From Paramoeba atlantica (taxonomy: Eukaryota > Protista > Discosea): DNA of 64,000 nt. The notes beneath the pieces were generated by a model. The model was not told the origin of the DNA. It made no database searches and worked only from the letters and a program-made list of their open reading frames with translations. Position numbers and translations under genes: made by a program. The stretch spans positions 62,001 to 126,000 of the forward strand of contig CDRNVI010000053.1 of assembly GCA_977017575.1 (NCBI GenBank). Reading direction: 5' to 3'. Of this stretch, positions 47,685 to 60,183 are shown one piece after another; position 1 is the stretch's first letter, and every line of letters begins with the position of its first letter.

Positions 47685-48044
47685 GGATATAAATATTGAA
47701 TCCAGTCGGAACTCCTCACAGATTCCGTTCTATCATACTCATGACATTCTGTTACGTTCGACCTTAATCTTTGACTTATGCAAGGCTTCATACTATTTAA
47801 ACATATTTCGATTATCCCAACTTCAATTATTTACATACTTTTACACATTACTATGAAAATGCGGCGCTCGTGCTTGATCAGGAACCCTCCCAGTGGGATT
47901 GACACATGGTAGGCTAACTACGGAGTGTTCTCTGTCATTGGTGAAGGACCTAGGAGAGCCTTGCGTCCCCGTACCCGGAACAATTTCGGGAGCCGGAGTG
48001 GTACTTGCGGCGTTTGCATGTGGGGATTGCAGGCGCTCTTGTTA

Positions 48045-48045
48045 C

Positions 48046-48078
<33 letters not shown>
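48045..48078 (+). repeat. (CAA)n microsatellite abutting the right inverted repeat
   Basis: Seen directly. Confidence 0.95.
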
Positions 48079-48230
48079 AAACTCTATGTTTCTAAAAACT
48101 GTATGTTTACCTAGTAACGTAGCAACCGCGCTGCATCTTACGGTTGTGGTGTCCGACCCCTGCCCTCAGCAGGAAGTGTGCGCATCTCGCTCGAAGTGCG
48201 GGCGCACAATCGGCTCCATACGCGGTACTT
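48074..48230. repeat. 157-bp inverted repeat, right copy
   Basis: Reverse complement of 41758-41914. Confidence 0.95.
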
Positions 48231-49879
48231 TTTTATTTTTTTGACTGCCTTCCTTTGAGAATAAGTTTGTTACTGGGCCTTGAAATTCCACGAGTACGTT
48301 GTCAAAGGTTTAAAAATGTATTCTGTTGCCTTCGCAAGGATTCCTTTCCTACAGTGTATGCTTCCCCCAGGTTTCCTTGTGTGCTTGGTCAATCAGTTGC
48401 ATAGTAACTTTTCTGACTTTTGGACATCAAGGCGCCCACGTGTCAAACGGAAATCATCGAAAGGACACAAAATCATCGAAGGTGTTTTAATTTGTTTTGG
48501 GGGAGATTCTGCCATATCTTCGGACTGGGCAGTGGTCACAAGCTGCAAATATGAATTTTAGATAAAAAAATAGGAAAGACAGTAGAAACGTGAAAGAAAA
48601 AAATTTCCGAGGATACGAATTTTCACTGCGCTATGATTAATATACAGTACAGAAAGAATAATATAAAACTGATTTGATTAAGCGCGCGTGAGAGGATTAC
48701 CTGGAGAGTATATCGCCTAGGATTTGCATGACACTAAGAAAACCACAGAAAACTCAGATACGAGGATAGATAAAAAAATATACACAAAAAACTGTTGCCG
48801 TGGACGGAAGCTCGGAAGGTGGGGCATTGTAAAAAATGCCCCTGACCTATGGCCACTTCTCAGTGACCATAAATAAATGGAATATGTACAGGAAAACATA
48901 TGCACAGAAACGAACAGACTTTCAAGATTATAAATTAGATTGACAAGACAAAAAACTTTTGCAAAATCTGAAATTATTCATCAACCTCCATTTTCGAATC
49001 CGTACGCTCGTTCTCACTGTCACTTTCCTCAAAAATGATTGGAGACTTGCCGAAATGCTCCACAATGCACTGGAGCATGTTGCGAAAGGGGTTTTGCCAC
49101 GCTCGCTCTGGTTCATTGTGGACGTCTCGGAATTTGACGCATTGAGGGGAAATGTTGCGCTTAAGGTCCTGGGCGGAAGCACCGAAATTATAACGCTGGC
49201 GTCTAGTCCAGTCTTTTATAATTCGGTGGACACATTCCGCATGGTTAGTGTGGTACACGTGGAGCTCAACGAATTCTTTTGAATGGTTCACCGCAAAGTG
49301 ACGACAGAACTGTCCCATCCCCGAGTAACCACGCCACGCATCAGAGACAACCAATGACCGCGCACTCTCCAAATGTGGAAGTATGAAGTTGCGTAAAGTT
49401 TGATGATCACGTCGTTTTACTAACTTCCAGTGGGTTCGTCCCATTCGTCTTCCCTTGACTTCAGTAATCGTGACGAACCAGTGCCCAACCTTTCTGGTGC
49501 GTCTGCCTCGGTGGTATTTTCTTTTACCTAGGAATGTTTCGTCCACCTGGAGACGTGAGATTTTTTTTTGTTTTTTTATTTTCTTTAATTTTTTTTTGTT
49601 GTCTGCCCATTGCGTTTAGTTCAACTAAATTAACTAACTAACTAAATTAACTAACTAAATTAGTTGCGTTTTTAATATTTTCAAGCTATTCATACTTGAT
49701 CGTACTCCGAGGAAGGAGCAGACTACGGGCATGCATGGTACACAACCATCCTCCTCAACCCCCTTCAACTCTCTCGCGAACTGATCCAAGTTCTTCTCCC
49801 CTCCGATCACCCTCCTCACACGAGAACGACAAATCTGCCGACCAACCCCCTTCATCTATCTCCCCACCTAACCACGGTA

Positions 49880-50256
49880 ACCTTCCGTTACCCCATTCCG
49901 GGAGCCAACCCCGTTCTCTTCTATCCCAAGTGTACGCGGTATTGCATTACGAATATCAGTATATTCTCCTGCATATCAAGGGTCATATTCTGAATATTTA
50001 TGACAGTGTTTTTGAACATGCCGCAGTAGCACGTCGGGATAACGTCAAAATTTTCCGAAACAGGCTTATTTCTCACTTAGAAATACGCTCAAAGGATCCT
50101 TACTTGATGTACTTTGCCAAATGCCCTCAGCAAATGCCTGGTGAAAATACGTGCGGACTAGACGTAATAAATAACTTATGTTGTTGTGTATTTGGTGTCG
50201 AAAAAGAGTATTTTAGCAGATCAACACTATGCGATTGGTCTCCACACCTTAACTAG
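49880..50256 (+). pseudogene. Ulp1/SENP-like protease domain nested within Merlin
   Basis: YQYILL...IYDS...CPQQMPGENTCGLDVINNL; catalytic His apparently replaced by Gln. Confidence 0.7.
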
Positions 50257-51484
50257 ACAATTTTTTTATCAAATTCATAAAATTTACCACTCCTGATGTG
50301 AGTGCGTAATGGGGAAGTATGGTCGGGACCTCCTCGTGGTCTTCCCTGGCACTGCTATCGTATCGATAGTACAGACGCCGACCTTCATTAGACAAAAATA
50401 GAGAAAACAAATAGAGAAAAACAAACAAACAGAGAGACAAAAAAGGAACCGGCCATATTGAAATTTTATGAAAAAAATTGTGACCCCCCACTTAAGAGTC
50501 CAAATGCCTAAAATGGCGGAAGAGTCCAAATGCCTGAAATCGGTAGGGGGGGGGGACAGTACGGCATTTTCTTCCCGGTGCAGCGCTGCATTCCCCAAAT
50601 CTTGCAACAATTTGGTCACCACCTTCCGGCGAATGCAACGATTACGAGCAATTTGACCGGCAGTCAAATAGTCCGCAATGTCGGCCCAAACTCGCAACAA
50701 CTGCCCTGCGTCAATTTTCATGCGAGAGGAGACATATGGTTCATATTTCCCACGCTTCAATCGACAGGGATTCTTTGAGAACTCATGAAATCCGCAAATC
50801 TGGATGTCAGATCGTCCAGGGACGTCGCGCATCATCTCAGGACCATGGATTACACAAGACGGGGGATGTAATAAGCCGTGGTGGATCATCCATTCTGTCC
50901 GCCGTCCGCGAGGGATCGAATCGTAAGATCGCCACCCACGCACACAATAAAACCCAGCACAACCCGTGCACAAACGTTCCACAGGAAGCAGAGAGGCTCT
51001 TTGCTTCCAGCGAAGAGGCTCTTTGCTTACCAGTGAACACAACGAACCAGCGGACACACCAGCGAACCAAAAGGTATGAAGAGCGTGCCGTGGCATCAGC
51101 ACCAGCCAGCGGACAAAATATTATTCTGTCCGCCCACGCACCAGGAGTACGTAATTCTGCAGGAACTGGTGCATCTTCATCCTCGGACGGTGTGCTTGCT
51201 TCACGGCTTCGCCGCATATCACTGTCCACAAAAGAAACAACTCTGTTTAAAAGTGCCTCGCGTGCATGATCCGCGTCGTAATTCATGAAACCAAAAAAAA
51301 TGAGAAGAAAGTTGGAGGCGCTTACGTAGTATATCTTGTAACTTACTAGTGTCACGGGGTCCAAAAAATACAGCATCCCTCCTCCATTTCCTACGCATAC
51401 GCAAGTCACAAATGTCACAGATATCAACACTAAAACTAGGCATCGCAGTATAGGAAAATAAATACACAATCCTACGGAAGTGTC

Positions 51485-51815
51485 AGACATAGGTTCTCAG
51501 TGCGCTCCAGCGCGCGGGTCCCCAAAAAATATAATTATGTCCCAGGGCTAAGCTCACAATTGGGCCTTGCTCGCAGACGGGGGGGGTTGCCTCCAGAAGT
51601 GGGCTTCGCTCACAGTTGGGCCTTGCTCGCAAACGGGGGCCTTGCTTGCAGACGTGGGCTTCGCTCACAGTTGGGCCTTGCCTCTGGACAATCCTGCGGA
51701 AGGGGCAGACACAGGTTCTCAGTGCGCGACCGCGCGCTGGAGCGCGCGGGTCGCCAAAAAATATAATTGTGTCCCAGGGCTACGCTCACAGTTGGGCCTT
51801 GCTCGCAGACGGGGG
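51485..51815. repeat. Complex direct repeats (CTCACAGTTGGGCCTTGCTCGCAGACGGGG units; ~100-bp block duplicated)
   Basis: Seen directly. Confidence 0.85.
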
Positions 51816-52281
51816 CTTTTAATTTTTTCGGCTGAAAAGCAAATAAAATCACCTTCGATGATGAGATTGACCTTTCGATGATTCAGGGTGTGACACGTAG
51901 GCACCTCGATGACAAATCATCGAAGTGCCGCGAAAACTCACGGAAGTGCCCGTGGAGCCAAATTTTATAGTCCACGTGACCAGTTATGTATTCTCTGTTC
52001 TACATTGTATGTCTGAAGGAGTAATCCATTTGGTTCTACCAAGTGTTCGCCAATACCCGAAAAGATAATTAAAATTTTTATATGCTCATTCTTTTCTTTT
52101 CTCTGACAATTAAAGTACATGGCGTTCCATTTTGTCAAACACTATTTCCGTCGAAATAACTTCGTGTTGGTCGATCAAATCCCTTAGATCTCGGTCAACT
52201 TTCTCCATCGCAAGTTGACGTTCGCAGTTGAAAGACCTTGCTCCATAGCTGCAGGATTATTAATAATTCAGTTCGGTAATA

Positions 52282-53213
52282 AACCCCCGCTCACGAATAA
52301 GTGACCCCCCCTTATTTTTAGCACATGGGGGCGTGGGTGGGTTATCATACCACTGTTTCGTTCAAAATTTCGAGATCTGCACGTTCCCGCTGTTTTTAGC
52401 TCATTTTAAAATTTTAAAATTTAGTCAAAAATAATAATTGGCTTTTCAACTTTTTTTTCCAAAAATGACCAAATCACCATATCGGCTTCCAAAAGGGGCG
52501 CTTACGGATAGTGGTAAGGTTCTTTTGAAGATGAGACATGCAGAAGGTGTTCCGATAAAACAATTATCCCGTGATTTTAACGTCTCTAGAAGGATAATCA
52601 AAAAATATCTGAACGAAAAAAAATCTAGCGGGGAATACACTTTGAGTCCTGTGGGTGGAGGTATTTGTTTATTCTACCAAGTGACACATCTATTACAAGT
52701 AAGACGTACATAGAAACATCAAAACAGGTAGATTTCCCCCCTACTAGTGTATTTCAACAGGATGGGGCAACGGCACATACTGCCCGTGCCTCCAAAGAGT
52801 ATATTGAGAATCGAATGAGTGATGTTCTAAGAAACTGGCCCCCCAACTCGCCCGACCTTTCCCCCATAGAAAACGTCTGGTCTATGGTCCAAGAGGCGGT
52901 AGACGAACAAACGCCATCGGACAAGCCTTCACTTATCCGATGTGTACGTAAAGCATGGTCTTCTTTAACTCAAAAAGTGATCGACAAAACAGTATTAAGT
53001 TTTGATTCTCGACTTAAGGAGTGTATAAGATTGAAGGGCGAAAAAGTGAAAAAATGTTAATTCTTCTCTAAATTGTGCGTATTCGTTTCTTTTTGTCTCA
53101 TTTCTTCACGCGCAAAGTCCTTGTGTTGAGATCTGCAAAATGCAACAAAAATCAGCTCAAACGGACATTTGTACGAAAAAAAAGAGGGGGGTCACTTTTC
53201 GTGAGCGGGGGTT
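52282..53213 (+). mobile_element. Internally deleted Tc1/IS630 element (DD35E remnant)
   Basis: TA|AACCCCCGCTCACGAA...TTCGTGAGCGGGGGTT|TA; FQQDGATAH and WPPNSPDLSPIENVW. Confidence 0.9.
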
Positions 53214-53892
53214 TAATAATTATTATTAATAGATGATTAATACATTAATAATAAATTATTAATACATTTGTTTTTGAGCCCCCCTCCTAGCGTTGCTTTT
53301 TCCCAAAACCAGGCAACGCTAGGATAGGGGGGGGATATTAACCAGTCAAGTAAAACAACCAGTCAAGTATAACATGAGGAAGAAAGATTATCCTGTCCTG
53401 CTCCACGAAGGACACGCAGCTTCGCGGCGTCGGATCTACAAGGCTTCGTCGAAAAAAATTAATAACTGGGGGGTGGAGCTGTGACAAATAAATGGGGGGC
53501 TCAGTATGCTTAAAGACGTTTCCGAAGGGTTTCCTAGGGTTCCTCTAGGTTTCCTAAGGGTCCTAACGCCGTTTCCATAGTGTTTAAATCGGGGGAGGCA
53601 GAAAGGGAAAGCCAATACAGTCCAGGCCACATTGTTGTCCCCCCAGGCCACAGAGTACAGCGCAAGAACTTTTGATCCGAAATATCCTAGAGTTCTATTT
53701 TTATTCTTCACTTTACTACTCCAGGGTACTTTCTCCCCTGGACGCCCAATTTTCGAAAACATTGGTTCGTCGGTTTGCTCCACCGGATACAACCACTGAA
53801 ATAAAGAATTGCTCAAAAAATACGACCTCTATCATGTGAACATCTTCTTGTGAACATACAGTGTATATTTTTGATACATACAGTGTGTATAA

Positions 53893-55050
53893 TTGAACAT
53901 GCATTCATTCATTCATCAACACGTAGTAGTATCAGGAATTTTTATAACACTGTCCTATATGGCTAATTCTGGTCCTTCAATACCCAAGGACTTACGCTAC
54001 GTGTTGGTCCCTTCTGACAAGAGTAGACCTCTCGAGTGTAGAACTTTCTCAGGTCAATCTGACGATGAATTGAGAAAACATATTGCACGCTACTTTCAAA
54101 ATTATGGAATGACCTATGGTCAACGTCAAGAGATGAAACAGGAACTAGTTGAAAAAGTGCTCAAAGGCAAGCGAAATGCAGACAAAAGCACGAACTCGAA
54201 AACTTCGGATAGTGTCGACTCAAAATTTGCCGTCTCAGCCATTGATCAACGTACAACTGGATTTGAAATAATTCCAATAGTCATGCCTTCCCACAAAAAT
54301 GGTTACATTGCCCGAAGCTTGTATATTGACGAAGTCGGGAGATATAAAGATCTTACCTTAAACGACCGGGCGAGTCGCATAGCGCAACGCGACGTACGAG
54401 GCGATTGCTTTGTACTTTCGAATATGGATGATCCTGCCAGATCGACTTGGGAACGGAAACACACCGCCCTCGACGAGGTGGAGAATATGATTAACTTCCC
54501 ACCTGCGCGTGCGCCCGACCCTATGAGCCAAACAGGCATGGCTCTGGCGGTGGAACGAACTGAAGCTGCAGAATCAGTTCTTCTTACATCTGAAGAAGTG
54601 GGCAAGGCAAAGGCATCGAAAGAAAGGGGTAACATTTTCTATCGAGCCAATAATTATGAGAATGCCCTTGGATGTTATATGGAAGGATTAAAACGCTTAA
54701 TAGGTAGGTCAGACGACTTTGACAATGAAGGACAGATGGAGGTCGCGGAACTGCGACGATCACTATCGAGGAATGCAGGGTTGAGTTGTTTCAAGTTAAA
54801 AAATTATAAAGCTTCAGTAAGATATGCATCGGAGGTGCTACAAAGATCCTTCCACCTCCAAACCTTGTATTTAAGAATACAGGCCAATATATTATTGAAA
54901 GATTTTGACGCATGTGCACATGACTTGGAGTGGGTTAAGCAAGAGGATTCCTATGGTACTGACTTTCAGAAGTTAGAGAAACAACTGAAGCTGATGCGCT
55001 CAGCTACCGAGGCAGAAGAAAAACGGCGATATAAGAAACTTTTCAGTTGA
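53893..55050 (+). CDS. TPR-domain protein (start possibly 53959)
   Basis: C-terminal KERGNIFYRANNYENALGCYMEGL...RNAGLSCFKLKNYKASV resembles co-chaperone TPRs. Confidence 0.8.
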   Translation: MNMHSFIHQHVVVSGIFITLSYMANSGPSIPKDLRYVLVPSDKSRPLECRTFSGQSDDELRKHIARYFQNYGMTYGQRQEMKQELVEKVLKGKRNADKSTNSKTSDSVDSKFAVSAIDQRTTGFEIIPIVMPSHKNGYIARSLYIDEVGRYKDLTLNDRASRIAQRDVRGDCFVLSNMDDPARSTWERKHTALDEVENMINFPPARAPDPMSQTGMALAVERTEAAESVLLTSEEVGKAKASKERGNIFYRANNYENALGCYMEGLKRLIGRSDDFDNEGQMEVAELRRSLSRNAGLSCFKLKNYKASVRYASEVLQRSFHLQTLYLRIQANILLKDFDACAHDLEWVKQEDSYGTDFQKLEKQLKLMRSATEAEEKRRYKKLFS

Positions 55051-55276
55051 ATTCGATTGTGTAAAAAAGATGAAAATCTCAAACTATTTTTATCATGAAA
55101 TTTCACAAATTTTGTTAAATTGTTATCACCGTTTGTTATTTATACGATTCAGGACCATAAAAGGTAACGTTGTGCGATGCTTTACAATATGAAATAAGAG
55201 CTTTAAAGCATAGTAGCAGAATTAATAATGATTTTTTCTTTTAATAATATTATTATTAAAATTATAATACCCCCTC

Positions 55277-55585
55277 TGCTTATGAGTTCCCCCAATTCAG
55301 GTACGCATATGAGTTCCTTTTTCTAAGGTGAATGGTTTTGTACCCACATTTTGCGAAGCCTTTTTTTACACATAACAAAATATCATAAATTCCTAAAGTA
55401 CTGTGCGTCAGCCTGCTTTACGGGATCGTTCACTAGGTGGATATTTGTTGTGGCTCCAGTATCATTGTAAGGGAGACCCTGAGGTGCGAAGTGCCACGGT
55501 CCCGAATTTTCGCTTTTCATGGCCCGATTTCTGGTCTGGTACGCTTATGAGTTCCTTTTTATCAAAACCGGGGAACTCATAAGCA
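55277..55585. mobile_element. MITE with TGCTTATGAGTTCCCC inverted termini; right arm also at 32330-32425
   Basis: Inverted 16-mers at 55277 and 55570; ~90-bp similarity to 32330-32415. Confidence 0.8.
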
Positions 55586-56201
55586 AAATGCTTAACAGCA
55601 GAATGCGACCAGCAGAATGGGAAGTCGCCATGAGAACCTGATTGCGCCTACCTCATGGACAGTAGTGCAGTGCAAACGTGGCGAATCATTTGGGATCACG
55701 GAATTCGCGATTCACTCTCTGGAATGTAAAAGAATGAAAGAAAGTACCGCACCATCTGGTAAAGACAGCGTTTATCTCTCGACTCCGTCGCTGCGTCTTC
55801 TTTCCAGTTCCTAGTCAGTTCCTATCAAAGGCTGGACAACGGCCGCGGCTATTCCAAAGAAGAAACGCGACGATGAGCTCCTCCGCGGTACATAATTGGC
55901 GCGAGAATAGGGTCCGGTAGATATTCTTGGTCAGGGGGCACTGCCTTAGTGTTAGGCGATGCCGGGGCCTAGCGCACTCCACCACGTGTGCTTCCATTAC
56001 TACAGCACTGAATCTTGTATATCACAATTTCTTGTGACTCCCCTTCTTGTATATTATTACTGGAGATCTTGATTCTTGGATCCCTCATTATTTTTTTTGC
56101 TTTTAAATTAGTAAGGGAGTTCATATTGAATTGTTAGTTACTAGTGATGATCACTGACTAGTACTAGTACTAGTATCTGATCACTGACCAGCCTTGTGTG
56201 A

Positions 56202-56945
56202 ATGTTATGCCCCGCAGATGGTGGCTTTGTGGAAGAATATATTCGTACCCTAGAATTCCAAGCTACAAAATTTGCTGAAGGCCTCAGCAAACTTTTAGGA
56301 ACTTGTGTGGAAGCTCGAGAGACCTCAAATAAAGTATTTTCGGGTCACCCACCACCGTCTGTCAGTGCTGTTGAAAGTGTAGATGAACCTTTGCTTGATG
56401 TGATTAAAAGATATGAAACTATTGTGGAAGATCTTGTAGCAGGACTTCGTGCTCTTCAGGAGTACGTAACAACGTGCATTCCAGAAATGAAAGACGAGGA
56501 TAACCGTGGAGTGCATGTTCAGCTTGCATTTCTGGAAAACATCACCAGAACAATTGATGAATTGTTGGGGCACACTTCCTGTAGAAGAGGGAATGTGAAG
56601 CCTGCAAAGGTTAGGCATCCCCCTCACGTTCCACTTGATCTCGGTGCGCGATACATGTATTTCCACGTAAGGTCAGATATATTGCAAACATTGCAAGAAC
56701 GCACACGAAAGTCTGATAGTGAAAAGCAGGATCGTATTTTGCCCGATGATGATTTAACCGTTTCGGCAGTGAGAGCTCTGCGTGAAGAATTGCATGCTTA
56801 CGGATGCCTGTTTCGAAAACATATCATATCATCCTTCGACATGTTGATAACAAGGATTCTTGGAATTTTTGGATTTTTAAGAATGAATTACGATAAAATT
56901 CTGAATCCTCGTCCTGAAAATGCCCAAGAGCGTTCATATTATTAG
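56202..56945 (+). CDS. PA26: 11S proteasome activator, PA26/PA28 family
   Basis: IPEMKDEDNRGVHVQ resembles the activation-loop region (recalled T. brucei PA26 IPEHKEEDNLGVAVQ); C-terminal NYDKILNPR. Confidence 0.85.
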   Translation: MLCPADGGFVEEYIRTLEFQATKFAEGLSKLLGTCVEARETSNKVFSGHPPPSVSAVESVDEPLLDVIKRYETIVEDLVAGLRALQEYVTTCIPEMKDEDNRGVHVQLAFLENITRTIDELLGHTSCRRGNVKPAKVRHPPHVPLDLGARYMYFHVRSDILQTLQERTRKSDSEKQDRILPDDDLTVSAVRALREELHAYGCLFRKHIISSFDMLITRILGIFGFLRMNYDKILNPRPENAQERSYY

Positions 56946-57414
56946 CCTTTGTTTTTTCTATTACGATAAATTATGAAAACAAAAATTAAGATAAAGTATG
57001 GTGCAATGAAGTATATTGGTAAGGAAAGCGCTGCCCCTGTGTGTATCGGAGCGTCTACAAAAGTTTGCACTCTGACTGCTCACAGCCTCAGTATTGTTAT
57101 ACTGTAGATTACATTGTCAATTATACTACTTTGGTGGGTTATAATTGAGCTCTAAACAGCATGAGGGGGTTGATACGAAAAGCTTTACACTTCTTTTTAC
57201 CGTCTCCTAACAGCATTTTCAAATGAATACCTTTTATTTTCATTTTCAGACACCGAACAATGAGTTCGTCATTATCATTGACGGGCAACTACAACGCCTT
57301 GTGTTCCATCAAGAATGTTTCGTAAGGAATATAAGTACAACTATTTCAGATATGTAGTTGCGTCAAGAATAACTCATATTAAGTAAAGTCTGCTTACAAT
57401 CGTGTTTCGAGCGA

Positions 57415-59454
57415 ATGGGCGTACAAAATCTGTATCAGAAAATGAGGTCAAAATTGCATTTACTGACTACCATCATCGTGTTTTACATGCTCACGAGTGA
57501 AAATGAAGCATGTAGCACATTGCAAAGCTCTGCAAATTTTTCTTTTAGTGTCTTCAAAAGATACGGGTTGACACTTTCAAGAGCGCACTTCTCAGACGTG
57601 TCGTGTCGCCCTTCGCTATACGATATTTTAGGCCTCGACTCGAGCGCAACAATTCAAGACATACGAATTGCGTACCGTGGACTAGCAAAACAGTATCACC
57701 CCGACCGAAGTAATCGCAAAGGTATTCTGTGTCATGGTTTCCTGGAAATTTTGCAACACAACTTTCGAACTGTTCAAGGTGCTTACGAAGTACTAAAAGA
57801 CGAACGACTTAAACATGAGTACGATAAACTAGGCATTATTCCGAATTCAATCGTAACAAATTTTCATTGGTTTTCAGATAAAATTCCCACTATAATTTCT
57901 GTTGCACCGATTGCCAACCTAGATTTATTACGTGATCTGAATTTCACTGCCATTAGTGGTCCATGGTTACTATTTGCCACTAACGCTGATGACACTTCCT
58001 TCGAGCGATTGATACCAGCTTGGGATGAAATGTGCGAAAGAATGTATCCCATATTTTCGTGTGCTCGAGTTCTTTTGGACCGAGAGAACGAGATGCGTCA
58101 CTTTTTTACAGGATCAGACCCATGTTTCCTCTTTTATTCTACACCACGTACAGGTTTCGAGCTACATACGATACCACCCAATTGGAATTCAACTACATTC
58201 ATGTTGGATTTAGAGAATAGGTTGAAACAAAAACTATTATCTCGTCGAACAATATCCAATGTTCATAGAACTTCCGGAATGACATCGCCTAGCTTGGGAA
58301 GAATATCATATCACTTAGAAGAATGGCTACAAATAAATTTGGACGTGCCTCATATTTTAATTGACTCTCAGTTTGGCACATCTGATATTTTAGCGCTCGG
58401 AAGCGTCTTTCCTAATGCCATGATTGGAGAACAGGAGCCTATTCCGGATGCTATTCGTTCTATTCGAACTCCCCCAATAGCAAAAGGAACGATATCGACA
58501 GATATACTAAGTCAAAAGAGTATGATGCTTTATCATGAGGCAAAATTAATCCGTACTTTCTCAATCCCATTCCGGCAAACCAACTCTAGTGGTTCCCTGG
58601 ATGAGGACTTGGGCGAATTGATAAAAACTGTTAGCCAGATACGAAACGAAGGTATTGACATTCAGAGATTTACGAAAATGGGAGATGAAAACCTTCTGCA
58701 ACTTTGCACGCAACAAGGAAGAGAATTTTTGACCGAATACTTCAATGAGAACAGGCGTCTACAACCTCCATCACAGGCTTTAACGTACTGCATTATTTAT
58801 TTGGGAAATCTCAAACAGTATACTCATGGCACTCAAACAGCACAACCGAAAGCTATCCCAAGGTATGAGGACCTCGTTGATGAACATTTGTATAGTGCGG
58901 TGCACAGGGATGCCCGTCTCGGTTGGCTTGACTGCGCGGAGCAAGACTGCTCATACTTTCACGAAACTACGCTGAACGAAAATTTGGATCAGAATCCATG
59001 CACCTCTACAGAAGGGCATCACTGGGTAGTAATGTCCACTCGCTGGACGGGTCAATTTTGTAAAATACGCTTAAACTGTGAAACGAAATTAAATTCATCC
59101 CACTATGAATTCTGCGTGCGCAACAGCCCAAACGTGGCTACAAATGAACAAGATTCGTCCTATCGTTTCTGTTCTTCCGGCATGAAAGTGCACAGATCCG
59201 AAGGTTTTCGATCCGATGCTTTGTATCATCGGGATACGATACACGCTCTACAGGATTACGAATGCGAGACGCGTTCTCAACACACCACTGTAAGTAAGAC
59301 AGGTGTATTCGGTATATTCAACTTCATCTACCTATATTTTTTGAACACTGAATGGAATAGTGGATGGTTACTTATTCTTCTCTTCTGTCTAAAGAAATTC
59401 CACTCAGTCTTGTCTGGGAACTATTTTCGTGCTGCAAGGTACAGTTGTAGGTAA
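57415..59454 (+). CDS. DnaJ-domain protein with probable signal peptide, thioredoxin-like region and C-terminal membrane anchor (DNAJC16-like)
   Basis: SLYDILGL...AYRGLAKQYHPDR J-domain; hydrophobic N- and C-termini. Confidence 0.8.
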   Translation: MGVQNLYQKMRSKLHLLTTIIVFYMLTSENEACSTLQSSANFSFSVFKRYGLTLSRAHFSDVSCRPSLYDILGLDSSATIQDIRIAYRGLAKQYHPDRSNRKGILCHGFLEILQHNFRTVQGAYEVLKDERLKHEYDKLGIIPNSIVTNFHWFSDKIPTIISVAPIANLDLLRDLNFTAISGPWLLFATNADDTSFERLIPAWDEMCERMYPIFSCARVLLDRENEMRHFFTGSDPCFLFYSTPRTGFELHTIPPNWNSTTFMLDLENRLKQKLLSRRTISNVHRTSGMTSPSLGRISYHLEEWLQINLDVPHILIDSQFGTSDILALGSVFPNAMIGEQEPIPDAIRSIRTPPIAKGTISTDILSQKSMMLYHEAKLIRTFSIPFRQTNSSGSLDEDLGELIKTVSQIRNEGIDIQRFTKMGDENLLQLCTQQGREFLTEYFNENRRLQPPSQALTYCIIYLGNLKQYTHGTQTAQPKAIPRYEDLVDEHLYSAVHRDARLGWLDCAEQDCSYFHETTLNENLDQNPCTSTEGHHWVVMSTRWTGQFCKIRLNCETKLNSSHYEFCVRNSPNVATNEQDSSYRFCSSGMKVHRSEGFRSDALYHRDTIHALQDYECETRSQHTTVSKTGVFGIFNFIYLYFLNTEWNSGWLLILLFCLKKFHSVLSGNYFRAARYSCR

Positions 59455-60183
59455 CGATATGTACCCTCCCTACAGGTCTTGTATTTTGGCCGATTTTGGA
59501 AATATTTTGCATACCACCGTATTTCGACCCAATCATTCCGAATCCGAGATCCGTTTCGCTCGAGCGACCCCCTACCTCTCTTATCCAGGTAGGGGCCAAA
59601 ATGTAGGCGAACACGATTTTTGAGGAAAATTTTCGGATATGTTTTGTAAAACAGTGACTTGAAAGCCATATAGGAAGCATGTAAGCAGGCAGAAAGCTCG
59701 TGATTAGTGCTCCTTAAGTGTCTCCTTGCCTTCTCGTCCGCCAAAAATTCTTGGGATGGCTAGGCAAAACCTTTTCAGGCAATTCTGGTTCATCCTGAAA
59801 ATTATTCAGGATAAATAGGGGGGTGAAAAAAATTGGACCAAATATTAAGAAAAATATTTATCGATGATGATAGTACTTCTAATAGGTGACAAAAGCTGTG
59901 CACATCTCACGGCGTACGTGTCGTGCAGGAAGACACGCGGGCCGAGATAGTTCCGTCGTGTAAAAGCGAAGAACAGCGAAAAATGACGCAAGAAATAGGT
60001 GTTCTGTAAAAATCATGGTTCTTAGACCATTTTATTGAGGCTCAATATGAACCAGTTTTCAACGAGCGAAATGGACCTCGGATTTGGAACGATTGGGTCG
60101 AAAAACGGTGGTATACCAAATATCTCCAAAATCGGAGGAAATACAAGACCTGTAGGGGGGGTACATATCGTTGCCCACTACTG
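59442..60183. mobile_element. MITE with ~130-bp imperfect TIRs, TA target duplication
   Basis: TA|CAGTTGTAGGTAACGATATGTACCC... and ...GGGTACATATCGTTGCCCACTACTG|TA; TA at 59440-59441 and 60184-60185. Confidence 0.9.

Larger units (their letters stand above)
48404..51929 (-). mobile_element. Merlin (IS1016/ISXO2-like) DNA transposon, degenerate and interrupted
   Basis: DDE domain VDET, SDAWRGY, VNHS, HTNHAE (48974-49546); Cys-rich N-terminal part WMIHHGLL..C...C (50550-50940); degenerate inverted ends with ATCATCGAA motifs at ~48404-48500 and ~51840-51929. Confidence 0.75.

Noticed and set aside
48119-48225. HDV-like ribozyme in the 157-bp repeat (G-U-closed 7-bp stem GCAACCG/CGGTTGT followed by GG)
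   Set aside because: Only 12 nt lie between the P1 strands, too few for P2, P3, L3 and P3'; no hammerhead CUGANGA/GAAA core either.
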